Shown in pieces: positions 37,320-50,209 of a stretch of DNA of 64,000 nt. Under the pieces are notes generated by a model, which was not told the origin of the DNA, ran no database searches, and saw nothing but the letters and a program-made list of their open reading frames with translations. The stretch's first letter is position 1. Every line of letters starts with the position of its first letter. The stretch comes from Vicugna vicugna (Eukaryota), in the NCBI GenBank assembly GCA_013265495.1, contig MU058584.1, forward strand, positions 7,468,407 to 7,532,406. The letters are read 5' to 3'. Made by a program: the position numbers and the translations under genes.

Positions 37320-38750
37320 ATGGTAGGTTATGGAGAGAATGTGGAGGGTTTGAATGCTATACAAATTGACTTCTCAGTAGGGAATCCTTGAAAGTTTTTG
37401 ATCTGGGAAGTAACCAACTCAAAACAATAAGATTTATCTGTTTGGATACGTTAGAGAAAGGGGAGATTAGAGAGGAAAAAAATAGATATAGTAATACTAG
37501 GGATAGTAAAATTAGATACAGCAGTGAAAGCCTGCTCCAGGGCTGTGAATATAAAAATGAAAAGGAAAGAACACAGGTTAAAAAAACTGCAGAAGAAAGT
37601 CAATAGGACTTGGTGACCTAATGGACTCAAGGGAAAGGGAAACTGAAAAGTGGAAGACAGTGAGTGTGTTTTGAGTTTGAGAGAGCAATGATGCAATTCT
37701 GAAAATGGGATATTAACAAAAAGAACCAGTTTTTTTTAAGTTTCTTATAGTCTCTGAAACTGAGTTGGATGAGTGAAAATGCTCAAAAAGAAACGTAGGA
37801 TAAAAGCCTTTATTGTGGGAGCTTAGCAATGTAAAACAAGAAAGAGGTGAAGTCGGGACCTGAGACCATAAGAGTAAGGGATGTAATGTTACAAGGTACA
37901 TAACTGCATGTGTAGAGATATAAATAGTTTTGCTGTAAGTGTTACAACCAGCCCAGAGGGAATGCTAATGATAGCAGGTTCTCAGTACCAATAAGACTAA
38001 AACAAACCAAGAGAAACGTCTTCCTTGGATCTTCCTAAAAGGTACTCACATCCTCAGCATTGCCCGATGGTAAACACTGTAATTATTTTCATAGGATATT
38101 TTTCTTGACATGTTCCTTAATGTACTCACTGAGTAGAATAGTCAGATGAAAGTAAAAACAATTTGATTTCAGGTCCAAAACATTAGTGATGAAAAATAAA
38201 CCTAAATCTTGAGACGGTTTCCAGAGATTGGGAGTCATTTACTCCAAAGTGTTTATTGAGTATGTACTGTGTGTTAGAGTCTGTGTGAAATTCTGAGAGT
38301 AAAATAATAGTTGTGTATATATTGGGATTATGTACTAGTAGTAGGTTATATATCCTACTACCAGTGAAGATGATGGGAGGTAGAAGAGCAGGAGGTTGAT
38401 CTGTATCAAGTGGGAATTCACAAGTGGGAATGAATAAAGGTGAACAGACATGAAGCAGAGAAGCAAGATAGTAAGTAGTGCCAGTCATGATGGTGTCAAG
38501 AGAAACAGACAGGGAGAGACAGAGAAACACACCTCAGTTTACTATAGCATCAAATTGATGTTAGGGAGCTATCAATGAGAAGAAGTAAGGAAAATGTCAC
38601 TGTGTCATTGGCTTTGATCATTGGTTGATCATCAGTGATACTTAGAATTTCATTGTCAATATGATGGTAAGGATAGCAGCCAGATTGCAGGGTGTTACGG
38701 AGTGACCTTCTAGAGATGAAATGAAATCAGCAGAGTCTTAAGTCATTCTT
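37320..38750 (-). mobile_element. Degraded L2 fragments
   Basis: Purine-rich antisense L2-like segments, with an L2 tail at ~38235-38290. Confidence 0.5.
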
Positions 38751-40447
38751 CCAGCTCCCTAGTCATGGCTAGATCACTTTATGTCTCAGTCCATAAAACA
38801 GACCAAAACAGTGATCTCCTTCTAATTTAAGATATAAGGAGTGCTTTGAGCTGCTGGGTGATGTACTGTAAATCCAGGACATTAATAATAGTTATCAGTG
38901 TTTACTTTGAATGAAACTAGACTTGAGGATTAATTGCTGAAATTGTTGGTTTGTGGAGTCTACTTTCAGATTGTCACCTCTAATTTTGCATTAATATAAA
39001 GCATCCCCCATCTGGACTGGAATTCGGATTGTTTATTACTAGTGGTGCCTGATTGTCATTTGTGACCTTTGGTTTATGTGTTATGAGGTGGAATTTGGTA
39101 ATTGGTGGTCTCGTAAAGCTTTTCTGACTAGTCCTGCTGGGTCTCAATTTTGACAAGTTGTTATTCCCACTAGGTTTTAATCAGATGGAGAATTCCCGAT
39201 GATGTTAGCACACTCACAGTGTCATTCAGGAGACCAGGAGTAAAATAATAGACATGAACATACTTTCAAAAGTTTAAGAATCATATAAGTAGTAATTATG
39301 TTTACCATCATGAAATTGGAAGTATTATTCTATTAAAATAATATTACAGCATATCTTGTCCCTGAGTCAAATTTGCATTATTTTTGAAGCAGCATTGCCT
39401 GTTACCAGACCTCTCTCACCTTCAGCATGAACACATGACAATGTGCTGTGGAGAAATCTCATCCGTGTGAACTCATTACCGCTTTGTCTGTGCGAGCTAA
39501 TTCCAATTCGTCTTCAGATTAGTAACCTAATATATGTAAAACATAGGCTATTATGCATTTTGGGTTTTCAGTCTAGAGCTATGGGTAGCAGATCACATGG
39601 TTAATGATATTTTATGGACTCCAGCATTCGTTTATGCTTCCTGGTTCACTGATTCCCTTGCTGTCCTTCATTTCATTCATTTGATCCCCACATTCACTCT
39701 CTGAAGAAGATAAGGCCAATTTTTTTTTTCACCTCCTTTTACTGAAGAGGAAATTGAGGCTAAAGAAAGGGGTGTGATTTCTCAGCAAGCTTCAACTCTA
39801 TCTACATAAAAAAGATTCTGATAGATAAATAGACAAGTAGATCCAATACAATAACTGCAATATATCTTATTGCTTATTTATCTGTTTATTATAGATTATT
39901 GTTTGATTTAGGTAAAACTTCCCATCATATAGCACAACTGAGGAAAACAGGAATGTGTAAAAAGTCTCCTCCTTCCTCCTTCTGCAAGGATATCACACCA
40001 CTTAGTGGAGCCCTAATTATTACCCAGAGGAGTGCTTCACTTCTCCAGGGGCTGTGTGTTTTTGTGGAGAGATGAAGGAGAAGCTGCCCAGATCTTTCCC
40101 GTAGTACTATTACCAACCCTAGACCCCTCTGCTGAATTGCGGACTTGCGTGGAAGTTTCCCCACCTGGGGCATGTCGTGTTTACTTGTGACAAGATCACA
40201 GCATCTGATAGTTTTGTTTCCTAGTCACATGTGTAATGTCAGATTACATCAAACAAAAATGGGTTGTCTCTTTACCAACATTTAAAAATTGTTTTTTCAT
40301 TGTTCCATCAGCATTTACTGAGCACCTACAGGGTACAGCTGCAGTGCCGGGCTCTGGGGAACACAGCTCTTCCTTCATCCGGCTCACAGTCTAGATTGTG
40401 AAGTCCAGACGTCTGGTCGTTTCAAGTTTCACTTTTCATATGGTAGT

Positions 40448-40820
40448 TGTCTTAGTGTGTTTGGTCTACTATAACAAAACCCATAGCCTGGATGACTTAT
40501 AAACAACGGAAATTTATTTCTCAGAGTTTTGGAGGCTGGAAGTCCAAGACCAAGGCACAGCAGATTCAGTGTCTGTTAAGGCTTGTTTCCTGGTTCACAG
40601 ACAACTGTCTTCTTTCTGTGTCCTTACATGGCAGAAGGGGTGAGGGAGTTCTCTGGGATCGCCTCCTTTCACAAGGGCACTAATCCCATTCAGCAGGGCT
40701 CCACCCTCATGGCCTCATCACCTCCCAAAGGCACCACCTCCTAATGCCATCACAGTGGGTATTTCAATATATGATTTCAATATATGAATTCTACGGGGCA
40801 CAAGCATTTAGTCTCTAATA
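40448..40820 (-). mobile_element. MaLR solo LTR (MLT1A/B-like) with intact 5-bp TSD
   Basis: tgtcttagt...ggaggctggaagtccaag...ccttacatggcagaagggg; GTAGT is duplicated at 40443-40447 and 40821-40825. Confidence 0.9.
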
Positions 40821-42620
40821 GTAGTTTTGAAAGCACATAAGACTTCTCAAAATATAGTTTTTAAAAAGATGCTTTCCCACCATCTCTAAAATAAATTTGT
40901 TCTCTTGGCAAAAGTGATTCTAATTGTTGGCACATTTCCAGGACAAGGAACACACTCTGTTGACACTCCTCTCAGAGCAATCAGATGAAAGCAAGGCGCG
41001 CAGTGCCGAGCCACAGACTCTCCATTGTGCTCTTGATGAATCCTTTCTTATACTTTAAAACAGTTGAATTTATGCATACATCTTGCTAGTAGGGCAATTC
41101 TCTGAAAGATTACACTACTTTCTTTATGTACAATGTCAATGCCACAATATTAAACAGAAATGAAATATATGTCTGTGCTTTCCTTCTTAAAAATGTGGAA
41201 GGATTTCTCTATAGAGTTGTTTTGTAGCTATCTTGCTATTAAGGTAGTGCCCAGCTCCAGGCCTGCAGACTGCTGACACACAATTAATCTCACAAATTTA
41301 TGAATGCCAAAGCATGGAGCAAAATGAAAACAACTGGGGGAATGTTTAAGGGAAATAATTGGACTGTATCCAGATGTGCATGTGCAAAACATCACCCCTT
41401 AACTCCTCCCCCATATCCTGTCTGAAGACAGGATTTTTTTTCTTTTCTTTTTTTTTTTTTTTTTTTCAAAAAATAAACTGAGGTTATTTGAAAGAAGTCG
41501 TGGTCTCTGACTCAATCGGAGTAGGCAAAGCCAGACGGAACATAATCGTGTATATTCTTGGTGTCTTTGTTTTTTCATTAACTCTTTGGGTACTGGTGAA
41601 TCAACCTGCCTCACGGCCGTTCTCGGTGGCTGTCTCACCACAGCTTCATGTACTCCATCTAGAGATAATGTGTAAGAGTCTTCAAGACTGTTAATTTTCT
41701 TGAGTTTTGGGTTGTCATAAACTGTAACTTTTTATTATTAGAAATGGGCAGTATTTCTAATAATGTCTAGTGTACAGGCGGTCTTTAAGATGCTCAGTGA
41801 AGGCTGATTACAAGGGAAAAGTGTGAAAGCCTTTATGGATTTTTTGTTTGTTTATTTATTAGCCCAAGACCAGCCAGAGGAGCTAAAGAGAAAAAAAAAT
41901 TCATCTCCAAGTTTAAGCATCTTATTAGCTCACTAGGAAAAGTATAAAAATGGAGGTAACGGTGACCTTGAGTACCTGAAATTAATTTAGGATCTGGCAT
42001 CACTGAGACCTGAGAAACTAGAAAACAGGGATGCTCTGAGTGAGAACCTTTGCATGTTGGTGTCCAGCCATATAATATCTTAAATGTACCAGAGGTGAAG
42101 CAATAAGACACACTTTCAGCTTAAATGTCAAGAAATAGATCCTTGAAAACGAAATCCAGTTAATTTCAATAAGGGAGGTTTCTCTATAGACTTGCTTCTC
42201 TCCTGTTCTGCAGAAGAACAGAAATAAAGATGAACTTAAACTGTAATGAACTTATTAGAAGTACCGATGGAGGTAGAGCATGTAAAAACCTCCTGCCTTC
42301 AGCCCTGCCCTGCGCAGGCCCCAGACACTTTCCCTGGGAATTGGAATTCCCAGGCTCATTAAGCTGAGTCTTGAGATTGGATTTCTGTTTTTATTCAGAA
42401 AGAGCAGACCAAGTAGAGAAATTTTAAATACCCAATCTTTTATCCCATTTTAGGGAGGATTAAGGACTCCCAATTCTTAGTGTTCCTACAGTTGGCGGCC
42501 GATTTCTATCCTAAAACTTCAATATTAGAACAGTATCAACACTTCATTTTGAGGATAAGCATTGATTAGCTAATATCATTCCAATTGTGCAGATAATTAT
42601 CTAATTTGAAACCTAATTTT

Positions 42621-42894
42621 TTAAACATTTTTATTGATTTATAATCATTTTACAACGTTGTGTCAAATTCCAGTGTTCAGCACAATTTTTCAGTCATTCA
42701 TGGACATATACACACTCATTGTCACATTTTTTTCTCTGTGATTTATCATAACATTTTGTGTATATTTCCCTGTGCTATACAGTGTAATCTTGTTTATCTA
42801 TTCTACAATTTTGAAATAGACTCATGGACAGAGAATACAGACTTGTGGTTACCAGGGGGGTAGAGGGTGGGAAGGGATAGACTGGGATTTCAGG
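42621..42894 (-). mobile_element. Young 5'-truncated L1 3'-UTR insertion with 5' inversion
   Basis: Perfect 17-bp TSD atttgaaacctaatttt (42604-42620, 42895-42911). Minus-strand L1 tail with AATAAA spans 42621-42817, followed by an inverted segment at ~42815-42892. Confidence 0.9.
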
Positions 42895-43564
42895 ATTTGA
42901 AACCTAATTTTAATATTGTAATTACTGGAAATAACTTCCATTAAAAAAGGTTTAGTCCATTTTCTCAGCTCCTTTACCAAAAGGAACTTGGTGGAGAAAG
43001 GCATTGTTCTGTGCCAGATGCCAAGCTGTTAGTGGGAAGCGATGGACCCAGAGAGGAAAAGTAGATGAGATCACTTATTCAATAAATATATACACACTCT
43101 ATATACACCATGCCTGTTACTCCCCTCCAGGCAGTCTCCATGCGCTACCTGATAGAGATAGATTCCAGTCAGCCGGTTTGGGTGTCAAATGCATATAATT
43201 CCTGAGAAAGTTAGATATACTGGTTTACATACTTTAGGAATAAATAATTTCATGATGCTGAAAATATCCTACCTTATCCAAAGTTTTTTTTTAAAGCAAT
43301 TAATTTAACATAAAGTTTAATGTCTTAAGTGAAAACTTGATGAATAAATACTCTAGAATTATTTGTGTGGCAATTTAAGGAAAACGCAACGATTCTGGAT
43401 TTCAGAAAGTCAAATGCAGTAAACATGGTGGACTTTTTAAAATAAGGAATGTGCTTAGTCTGGCAGATGATAAAATCTTCAATTACTAGAATGGCAAAAC
43501 ACATCAGTTGCTTAAAATCATTGCTGGTTGTATGGTAATGCATTCAAACGTTTTCTTGCTAAGC

Positions 43565-44720
43565 AATGAGAGCAGTGTGGTGGGAATTACTAGACTAGTG
43601 CTTCGAACAAGAACACTCAACAATAGCAGCAAAATCTGGGTTCTTGACTCAGTTGTACCATCTCAAATAGTTTGACCTTGGATTAGTTTCTATACTTCTA
43701 TGAGCCTATTTTTTCTCTCTATAATGAGATTCGGAGCTCTACCCTGCTCACTTCACATGTTGTGAAGGTCTTTACGTTTATTTTTGCATCCTGTGAAGCT
43801 TCCTGCCCCTCTCATTTAAATCGGCTCTTGCTCAAGTCTTCACCTGGAAAACACCACCTTTATCTGTTTTTTATTCAAGCCAAAAAGCTAGGAGTAATCT
43901 TCCAGCCTCCCCTCATTCCACCCTTTCTAATCCATCCCTAAGTCCTGCTGATTCTCTCTCAAAGTAAATCTCAAATCCACCTCCTCCTCTTTAGCCCCAC
44001 TACCACTAACCTGGTCCGAGCCATATCTTTGCTCATCTAGATGGCTGCTGTGCCCCGGCGGGGTCTCCCCCTACTCTTCCCCTCTCCACCTCATCGCATC
44101 CCAAGTAATCTTTTCAAAGCAAAAATCAGATCTTGTCACTTTCTTGCTTAAAAAATTCCAGTGGCCACAGTTGCCCTTAGGACACAATATAAAATTTTTA
44201 ATTTGACACCCACACCTTGGTGTGTTCCTACCTCTTTGCCTTCATCAGCACCTCTTTGGCTCCCCTTTCTCCCTGACTCCCCACATTAAGGGGCTGCACT
44301 CTTGCCACATCAACGCCTTTTCCATTATTCCTCTCAATAGAGCTCCTTTCCACTCGAGGGCCCATATCCTTTCAGCTTTCAGACTCCACATAAATGTGGC
44401 CTTTTTTGGAGAAGCTTTCTCTGGCTTCCTCTTGTCGTCTAAATTAGACTTCTCTTGTTGTCCTCTCTCGGCAGCTTCTTTTTCCTTGGAGTATTTATTC
44501 CAATATATAATTACATATTCATTTGTGTATTTGTTCCCTGGTGCTAAACCCAGGGGGCCAGGAGTCCTGTCTCTGTTGTTCGCTGCTGAATCCGGAAGAC
44601 AGACATATAGCCTGCGTGCAGAAGATTCTAGAATGGCACTCTGCCAGGTGCTGGGAATGCAAAGTTAATTTTGCTCCCATCTCTGGCCTCAAGGAACTCA
44701 CCATCACTTCATGAGAAAGA
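43565..44720 (+). mobile_element. MIR (43565-43770) followed by a long L2 fragment
   Basis: caagccaaaaagctaggagtaatctt...aaatctcaaatccacctcctcctc...aaatcagatcttgtcactttcttgcttaaaa is L2. Confidence 0.75.
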
Positions 44721-47700
44721 AAGATGAACAAGAATTACTTGGAATCATTCTGCAGCTCAGAGAGATTTTTTTTTTAAATGACTTTTAAGAGCAGAGCAAA
44801 AAATTTATATTGTAAGCCATCAGACGGAAGCATTCTCATGGCTTAAGAATCTCTCAGTTGGAAGGGGCATTAACACTTCAGGCCATTCAATTGGCTTTAC
44901 TTAGAGTGAAATATACCACTAAATCAGAAAATCTGCTAGCTTGTGTTAAAGATTTCTTGCTATTTATTTGTGTATGTGCATTTGTATGTGTATCTGTATG
45001 TTGCTCTATGTGTGTATGAACTTTCTACCTGTGAGGTTCTGTTATCTGAGAAGGAAAGCAACCTTTTTTGGTTACTGTTGCTCTGGGTTCCAGAATCCCT
45101 GCAGAGGACAAAAGGAGAATTCAGGGTATAGGGGGAGGCGTTGTAATATAATGCGGATATAGAAGTAGATATAAAGAATAGATCAAACGAGTTATTTCTT
45201 CCAGTATAAAGTATGTATAAAGTGAGCTGGGCGAACATATGCAGCTCTGTGAAATCCTATAAAATCCTCCCATTAAAGGATGTTAAAAATGCCTTAGAAC
45301 CCAACTGACCCCAAGCATGCTGATGTGGGATTTAGAGAAGTAGTCCAAGTTTAGCCTCAGACAAGCTGCATTATTAAACAAATAAAGCAATTGGTCACAA
45401 AATGAGTATGGAAAATATTACATTTAGAACAATTTAAGTCATATAGCCTTTCTAAAACATACCCACCACATAAAATAAAGTCCATCTGCAGAGGTACAGC
45501 AGCTTTTTTCCATAATTGAGAAGTCGGTCATCAAAAAATAGGAATTTAGAATGAATTTTATTTGGAAGTTGAGAAATTTGGAAATACTTATTCTCCCTTC
45601 TAAACATCGCTCTCAACACAGTCTGGAGCTGCATGACGGGGCGGGGGTGCAGAGGGGCACCCCGGAACACCTCCCTGGGCTAGGTGCTGAGGGCCGCATC
45701 CCCCTTTCGGAAATTCCTCGTTTCCACTTAAACCTTGCTCTCTTCATATTGTCTGTAAGACGAAGCCTTCTGGGAGGTGTACGTCTGGACGAGGGAAGGA
45801 GGAGAGCAGCTTAGGATGTATCGAGTACTGAATCTGGGCCCTGCACTTGGCACGTGCATTCCCCCTGCAATCTTGCCTTTTCCCCATCTTACAAATGCAG
45901 AATCCAAGTCGCAGAGAGTCGAGTAACTTTCCTTTATGTGAATGAATTGTAGAGCTGATTTCTGACCCCCTCATTGGTCTGCCTGTAAACCCGTGTTCTC
46001 TCCTTTGCACGCCCTGCACCTTATAGTAAATTAATTCATGAGATGCTTTCCTCTTAACAGCTGAGGATTAGAACAGCAGGAGCGTGCTCGGCATCTGGAG
46101 TAGAAGTAGCCGTGATAAAAGAGAGGACAAGAGAGCAGAAAAAGGAGGCTGGAGAGCCTTGTCCTTCAACCCCTAAGAAGCAGCTCCTTTGGGCCCTGCC
46201 CCTCAGTGGGTTTTGCTCTGTGCCTCGAGGGGCTTGCATGGACTCTGGGAACCAAAGCTAGAATGGTAGTGAAGGAAGCGCCTGATGCGTCCTTTATTTG
46301 CATCAGCAATGAGATTGAAAGGCCGCCTTGGTATCTGAATACCTGGAATTAAGAGACTACAAATAGGCGTTTAGGCTGTTTACTTTAGGTTTCCTGTTTA
46401 CATCTGTTCCAACTTTATTCAATGCTGGGAAGTAAAATTGGACTGAAGAGAAAAAAAAAGACGAGTGCAAAAGGGAAGTGAAACTCAATTTTGAAAGCAG
46501 AACCATTTTTACATGTAAGTTAAACTGTGGGTTTAAGTCATGCAGCTCTCTATTGCAAACCATTGTGAGTGGAGGAGGGCGTTTGTAACAGAGCTTTGCC
46601 TAATTCATTCTATATGCTTGGCAGAGGAAAAAAAGCAGAAATAAGAGCCAAATTCCAAAGGGTCTCTAAGGGAAGCAAGGTCACATTGTATTCAAAATTC
46701 AAAATACAGCAACCTGGCCCGAACAGAGGACTTAATGTGTTTGTGCACTTAGGGATCATTCTTCTAGACTATTGTAATTGCTCAGCCATTTTGTGAATTT
46801 CTGTTATATGTGTATTGCAAACACTGCTTCGTGGCTAGAGAAAAACACTGCTAAATAATTTAATCAAGTTAACTCAGTTATTTTATAGCTACTTCTGAAA
46901 CTAAATCTAAAATAATATGGAAGGGTTTATTGATTATTTCCACTATCATAATAAACTTGTAGAAATGTCTAAGAAGCCATATTTTGCCTTTTTTTTTTTG
47001 TCTAAGGAATTTGGCCTACTCTCAAATAAAAATTGTGCTTGAATTCCAAGTGGTCTTATTATGAACAGCTGTTGAATTTTACATTGTTTTATAATTGGCT
47101 CTGCTGCTTAATAAAACTCATTTGCAAGGTAAAAGGCCAAAGATGTGAGAAGCGGGGGAACCAAAAGTTGTTAATCAGTAATCACAGTAAAAAAAACGGG
47201 AATAAGCAAAAATGTCACTTTAGCTGACTTTCTGGGAAGACATTCCAGAGTTTGGGGGATGACAGAACATCTTTTGGATCTTAGGGTCCGAAAGGGAGTA
47301 GGGACTGCAGACTTTTGAAGTTGTTTTTGCTTACAACCAAATTTACCTCAAAGTGCAGAGTGCATGAGTTAATTTAAATGTCGGTTACAAATTCCAAGAA
47401 ATGTGGAGATATAAACCAGAAAGACAACATGGCCTAGAGAGCTGGACAGGGCTTTGGGAACGTGGACTCTGATGTTGACCTTGTGTCAGTTTTTGGGTTT
47501 CTTTTTTTAAACTCTGAAGTGTTGAAATACGGCTTCTATTCTGTTGACCCCTTTAAGGTAGCAACAAATGCAGATAAAATGCAGCAGACTTCCTTCTGTT
47601 TTTCTGGGGAATAATATGAAAGGACAGTGCTCTCCCTTTTTGATGGTGATATGGGTTTAGAGCAAATTTTCAAACATTTCTGAGAGGTCTAGGATCTAAG

Positions 47701-47827
47701 CACCTGCCTATTGATGTGAATGTTGCTACTTCCTGCCTTTCCGAGGTACTTCTTTTCCCTCTAGTCTTGGTCAACCCAGCTGAAGGACTCAGTTGATAGA
47801 AGTTTTGGGGGCAGCCTTTGCCAGCTT

Positions 47828-48000
47828 CGAAGTGTAGCCTATGCCAGTGGTTTTAAAACTTTTTTGGGTCGCATACTTATTTGAAAACATTGTTAGGGTT
47901 GTAGATCTTTTTTTTGGAGTATTACACAGATTTACAAAATGACTTCCAAAAGTTCTCCAGCCCAGAAGCCCATCCATAGACCATGGGTTGTAAGCTCTAG
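47828..48000. mobile_element. Possible hAT-Charlie MITE remnant
   Basis: ccagtggttttaaaacttttt start and ccatagaccatgggttgtaagctctag end resemble MER5-type termini. Confidence 0.4.
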
Positions 48001-48674
48001 CTCCACAGGGTTAATTTCTTTAAGATCTGAAAACATCACCATCCAGATTATCTTCTCTAAGTGAGGAGCCTCTTGGCTATTAAGTCACCTTACATACTCT
48101 GTCCATCTTTGGCTCTCCTCTGAAGTGTCAGAAGCCCTCCCCAGAGGGACCTGATGATATGTCATTTTTTCCCCTAAGGTCCAGTCTTAGTTTTGAGCAG
48201 ATCTCCTTTTCTTCCTCATTTCTTTGCATCAGAACCCTCCCCATCTTCATGACCTGCTGTGTTCTCTCCCACCTGTCTTCCCTCCCCTGCAGCCCAGAGT
48301 GACCACTCTCCCAGTGATTTCTAATACCGTTTACACTCGGTGCCAGCCGTGTAATGTTCAGTAGCCTCTCTTTTTGCTGTTTTAAATTAATTTTCACTAT
48401 GAAATATTTTAAATGTATGCATATGAAGGGAGAATACAGATACTACCTGTTTAAATAAACTCTTAGCGTTATGACATATTTACATCAGATACTTAAAAAC
48501 AAGTTATGGTTTTAATAAAGATCTACACCACCCTTGGAAACCCTTTACCTTCTTCTCTCCACAGCAGTAACCACTGTCATTTGCAGCCATGGTTCATCCT
48601 TTATTCTTCCAAATCTTTTTTTCCTTAGGTATCAATCTGATCTCTCCAGTGAGACTGTAATTCCTTGAGAACAG

Positions 48675-48859
48675 ATAATAGCCTTATTCTTCTTCTGCTT
48701 TATCCCACAATGTTTGGCGCATAATAGCCTTATTCTTCTTCTGCTTTATCCCACAATGTTTGGCGCATAATAGCCTTATTCTTCTTCTGCTTTATCCCAC
48801 AATGTTTGGCGCATAATAGCCTTATTCTTCTTCTGCTTTATCCCACAATGTTTGGCGCA
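48675..48859. repeat. Perfect minisatellite, 4 x 46 bp
   Basis: Unit ataatagccttattcttcttctgctttatcccacaatgtttggcgc starts at 48675, 48721, 48767 and 48813, with no differences between copies. Confidence 0.98.
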
Positions 48860-49284
48860 GTACCCAGAGGTCCTTAATAAATGATTAGAGATGCACACTT
48901 GTTGGGTTGCTTGGCTCCTGACACTTCTTCACTTGAAAGTTCACTCCGTCTTCTTGTCCCTCAAAGATAGTTTGAATCTTTTATCAAAAATTTCAGAAGA
49001 CTACTTTCTCTTCTTCCCTATTTTTTTCCTCTTCTTTTCAGAGAAGGAAACTCCTGTTATACTAAATTTTATATTCCTCTTGGTATTCTCTTGTTCTCCA
49101 CTTTTTCCATTTCCTTATAACAGGCATGACTCTTGTCCTTGTGTCTCAGTTTATTTATTTGTAGGTGTGGGGAAATACTCTTGCTTTAAATCACCTGGAA
49201 TTTTATTCAGATAGTATAAAATATGTGTAATATGTGATTAAATAGACAAATTCATTTTATTTCCCCCAATATTATTGCTTTACC

Positions 49285-49900
49285 TTCTGTGTTTATACAC
49301 TTCTAAAACACCAGGTTATCCCTAACAGCAGTCCTGATACTACTCCCATTTCACAGGTGAGGAAACCAAGACCAGGAAGGCTAAATGGCATCTCAGGTAG
49401 CAGAGCAAGGGATAGGACTGAGGTCTCCAGATTTCTATTCTTTTCACCTCGCCATTGTGCGTTATTAAAGTATAATATTAAGAACAGCAGCTGCTTATCG
49501 TATGGAATGATTTCACGTTGTTTAGGGCACTCTTCACTGCCACTAATTCTTACATCGACTCTTCAAGATAGATTGTTTATCATCCTAGGTTACAGTGACG
49601 CAAACTGAGGCTCAGAAAGGTGAAAGGAATTGCTTAAAGACATAGCTAATAATTAGTACAAGTAATAATGGTAACAGCTCACCCTTTTATAGTGCTTACC
49701 ACGTGCCAAGCACTGGTCTGTGGACTTTATGCAAATTAACGTATGATTACATTTTGAGGCACAAACTAGTATCTTCACTTCATCGATGAGGAAAAGGAGA
49801 CATAAGGAGGTAAAGTAACTTGCCTAAAATCCCTGAGCTAGTGATGCTGGAAGGAACTGGAAATCCCAGTCGCCTGGTACCAGAATCATTGTGCTTCATC
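49285..49900 (-). mobile_element. Three tandem MIR fragments
   Basis: Cores cccatttcacaggtgaggaaacc, caaactgaggctcagaaaggtgaa and gatgaggaaaaggagacataaggaggtaaagtaacttgcc. Confidence 0.8.
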
Positions 49901-50209
49901 CCGCAAAGGATTCTAGTCTTGAAAGTGGGTATGCTTGTCATTATGACTCCGGACTCTTCTGTAGTACAATTCTTTTTCTAATTTGTTGTAAATGTAGAAA
50001 TACTCACTCAACTTCATAGAGTCTTATTCTAGTTTCTTACTCTTTTGGCCTGAAATGTCCTTTACCAAATGAATAGCAAACTCTGATTAACCCTTCAAAA
50101 CCCTGCTCAGCCGTCTCTGTTACTGTTCCTGGGTTCTGAAGCTCTTTCCTCATTCTCCCCTGGAGTTATTCATTCAGTTAAATATTTGACTTCTGAACCA
50201 TAAAATTAC

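Noticed and set aside
44222..44668. 148-aa ORF, the longest in the window
   Set aside because: Lies within a decayed L2 and has a non-ATG start.
48675..48859. CRISPR-like array
   Set aside because: Units are head-to-tail with no spacers, there are no cas genes, and the context is mammalian; it is a minisatellite.
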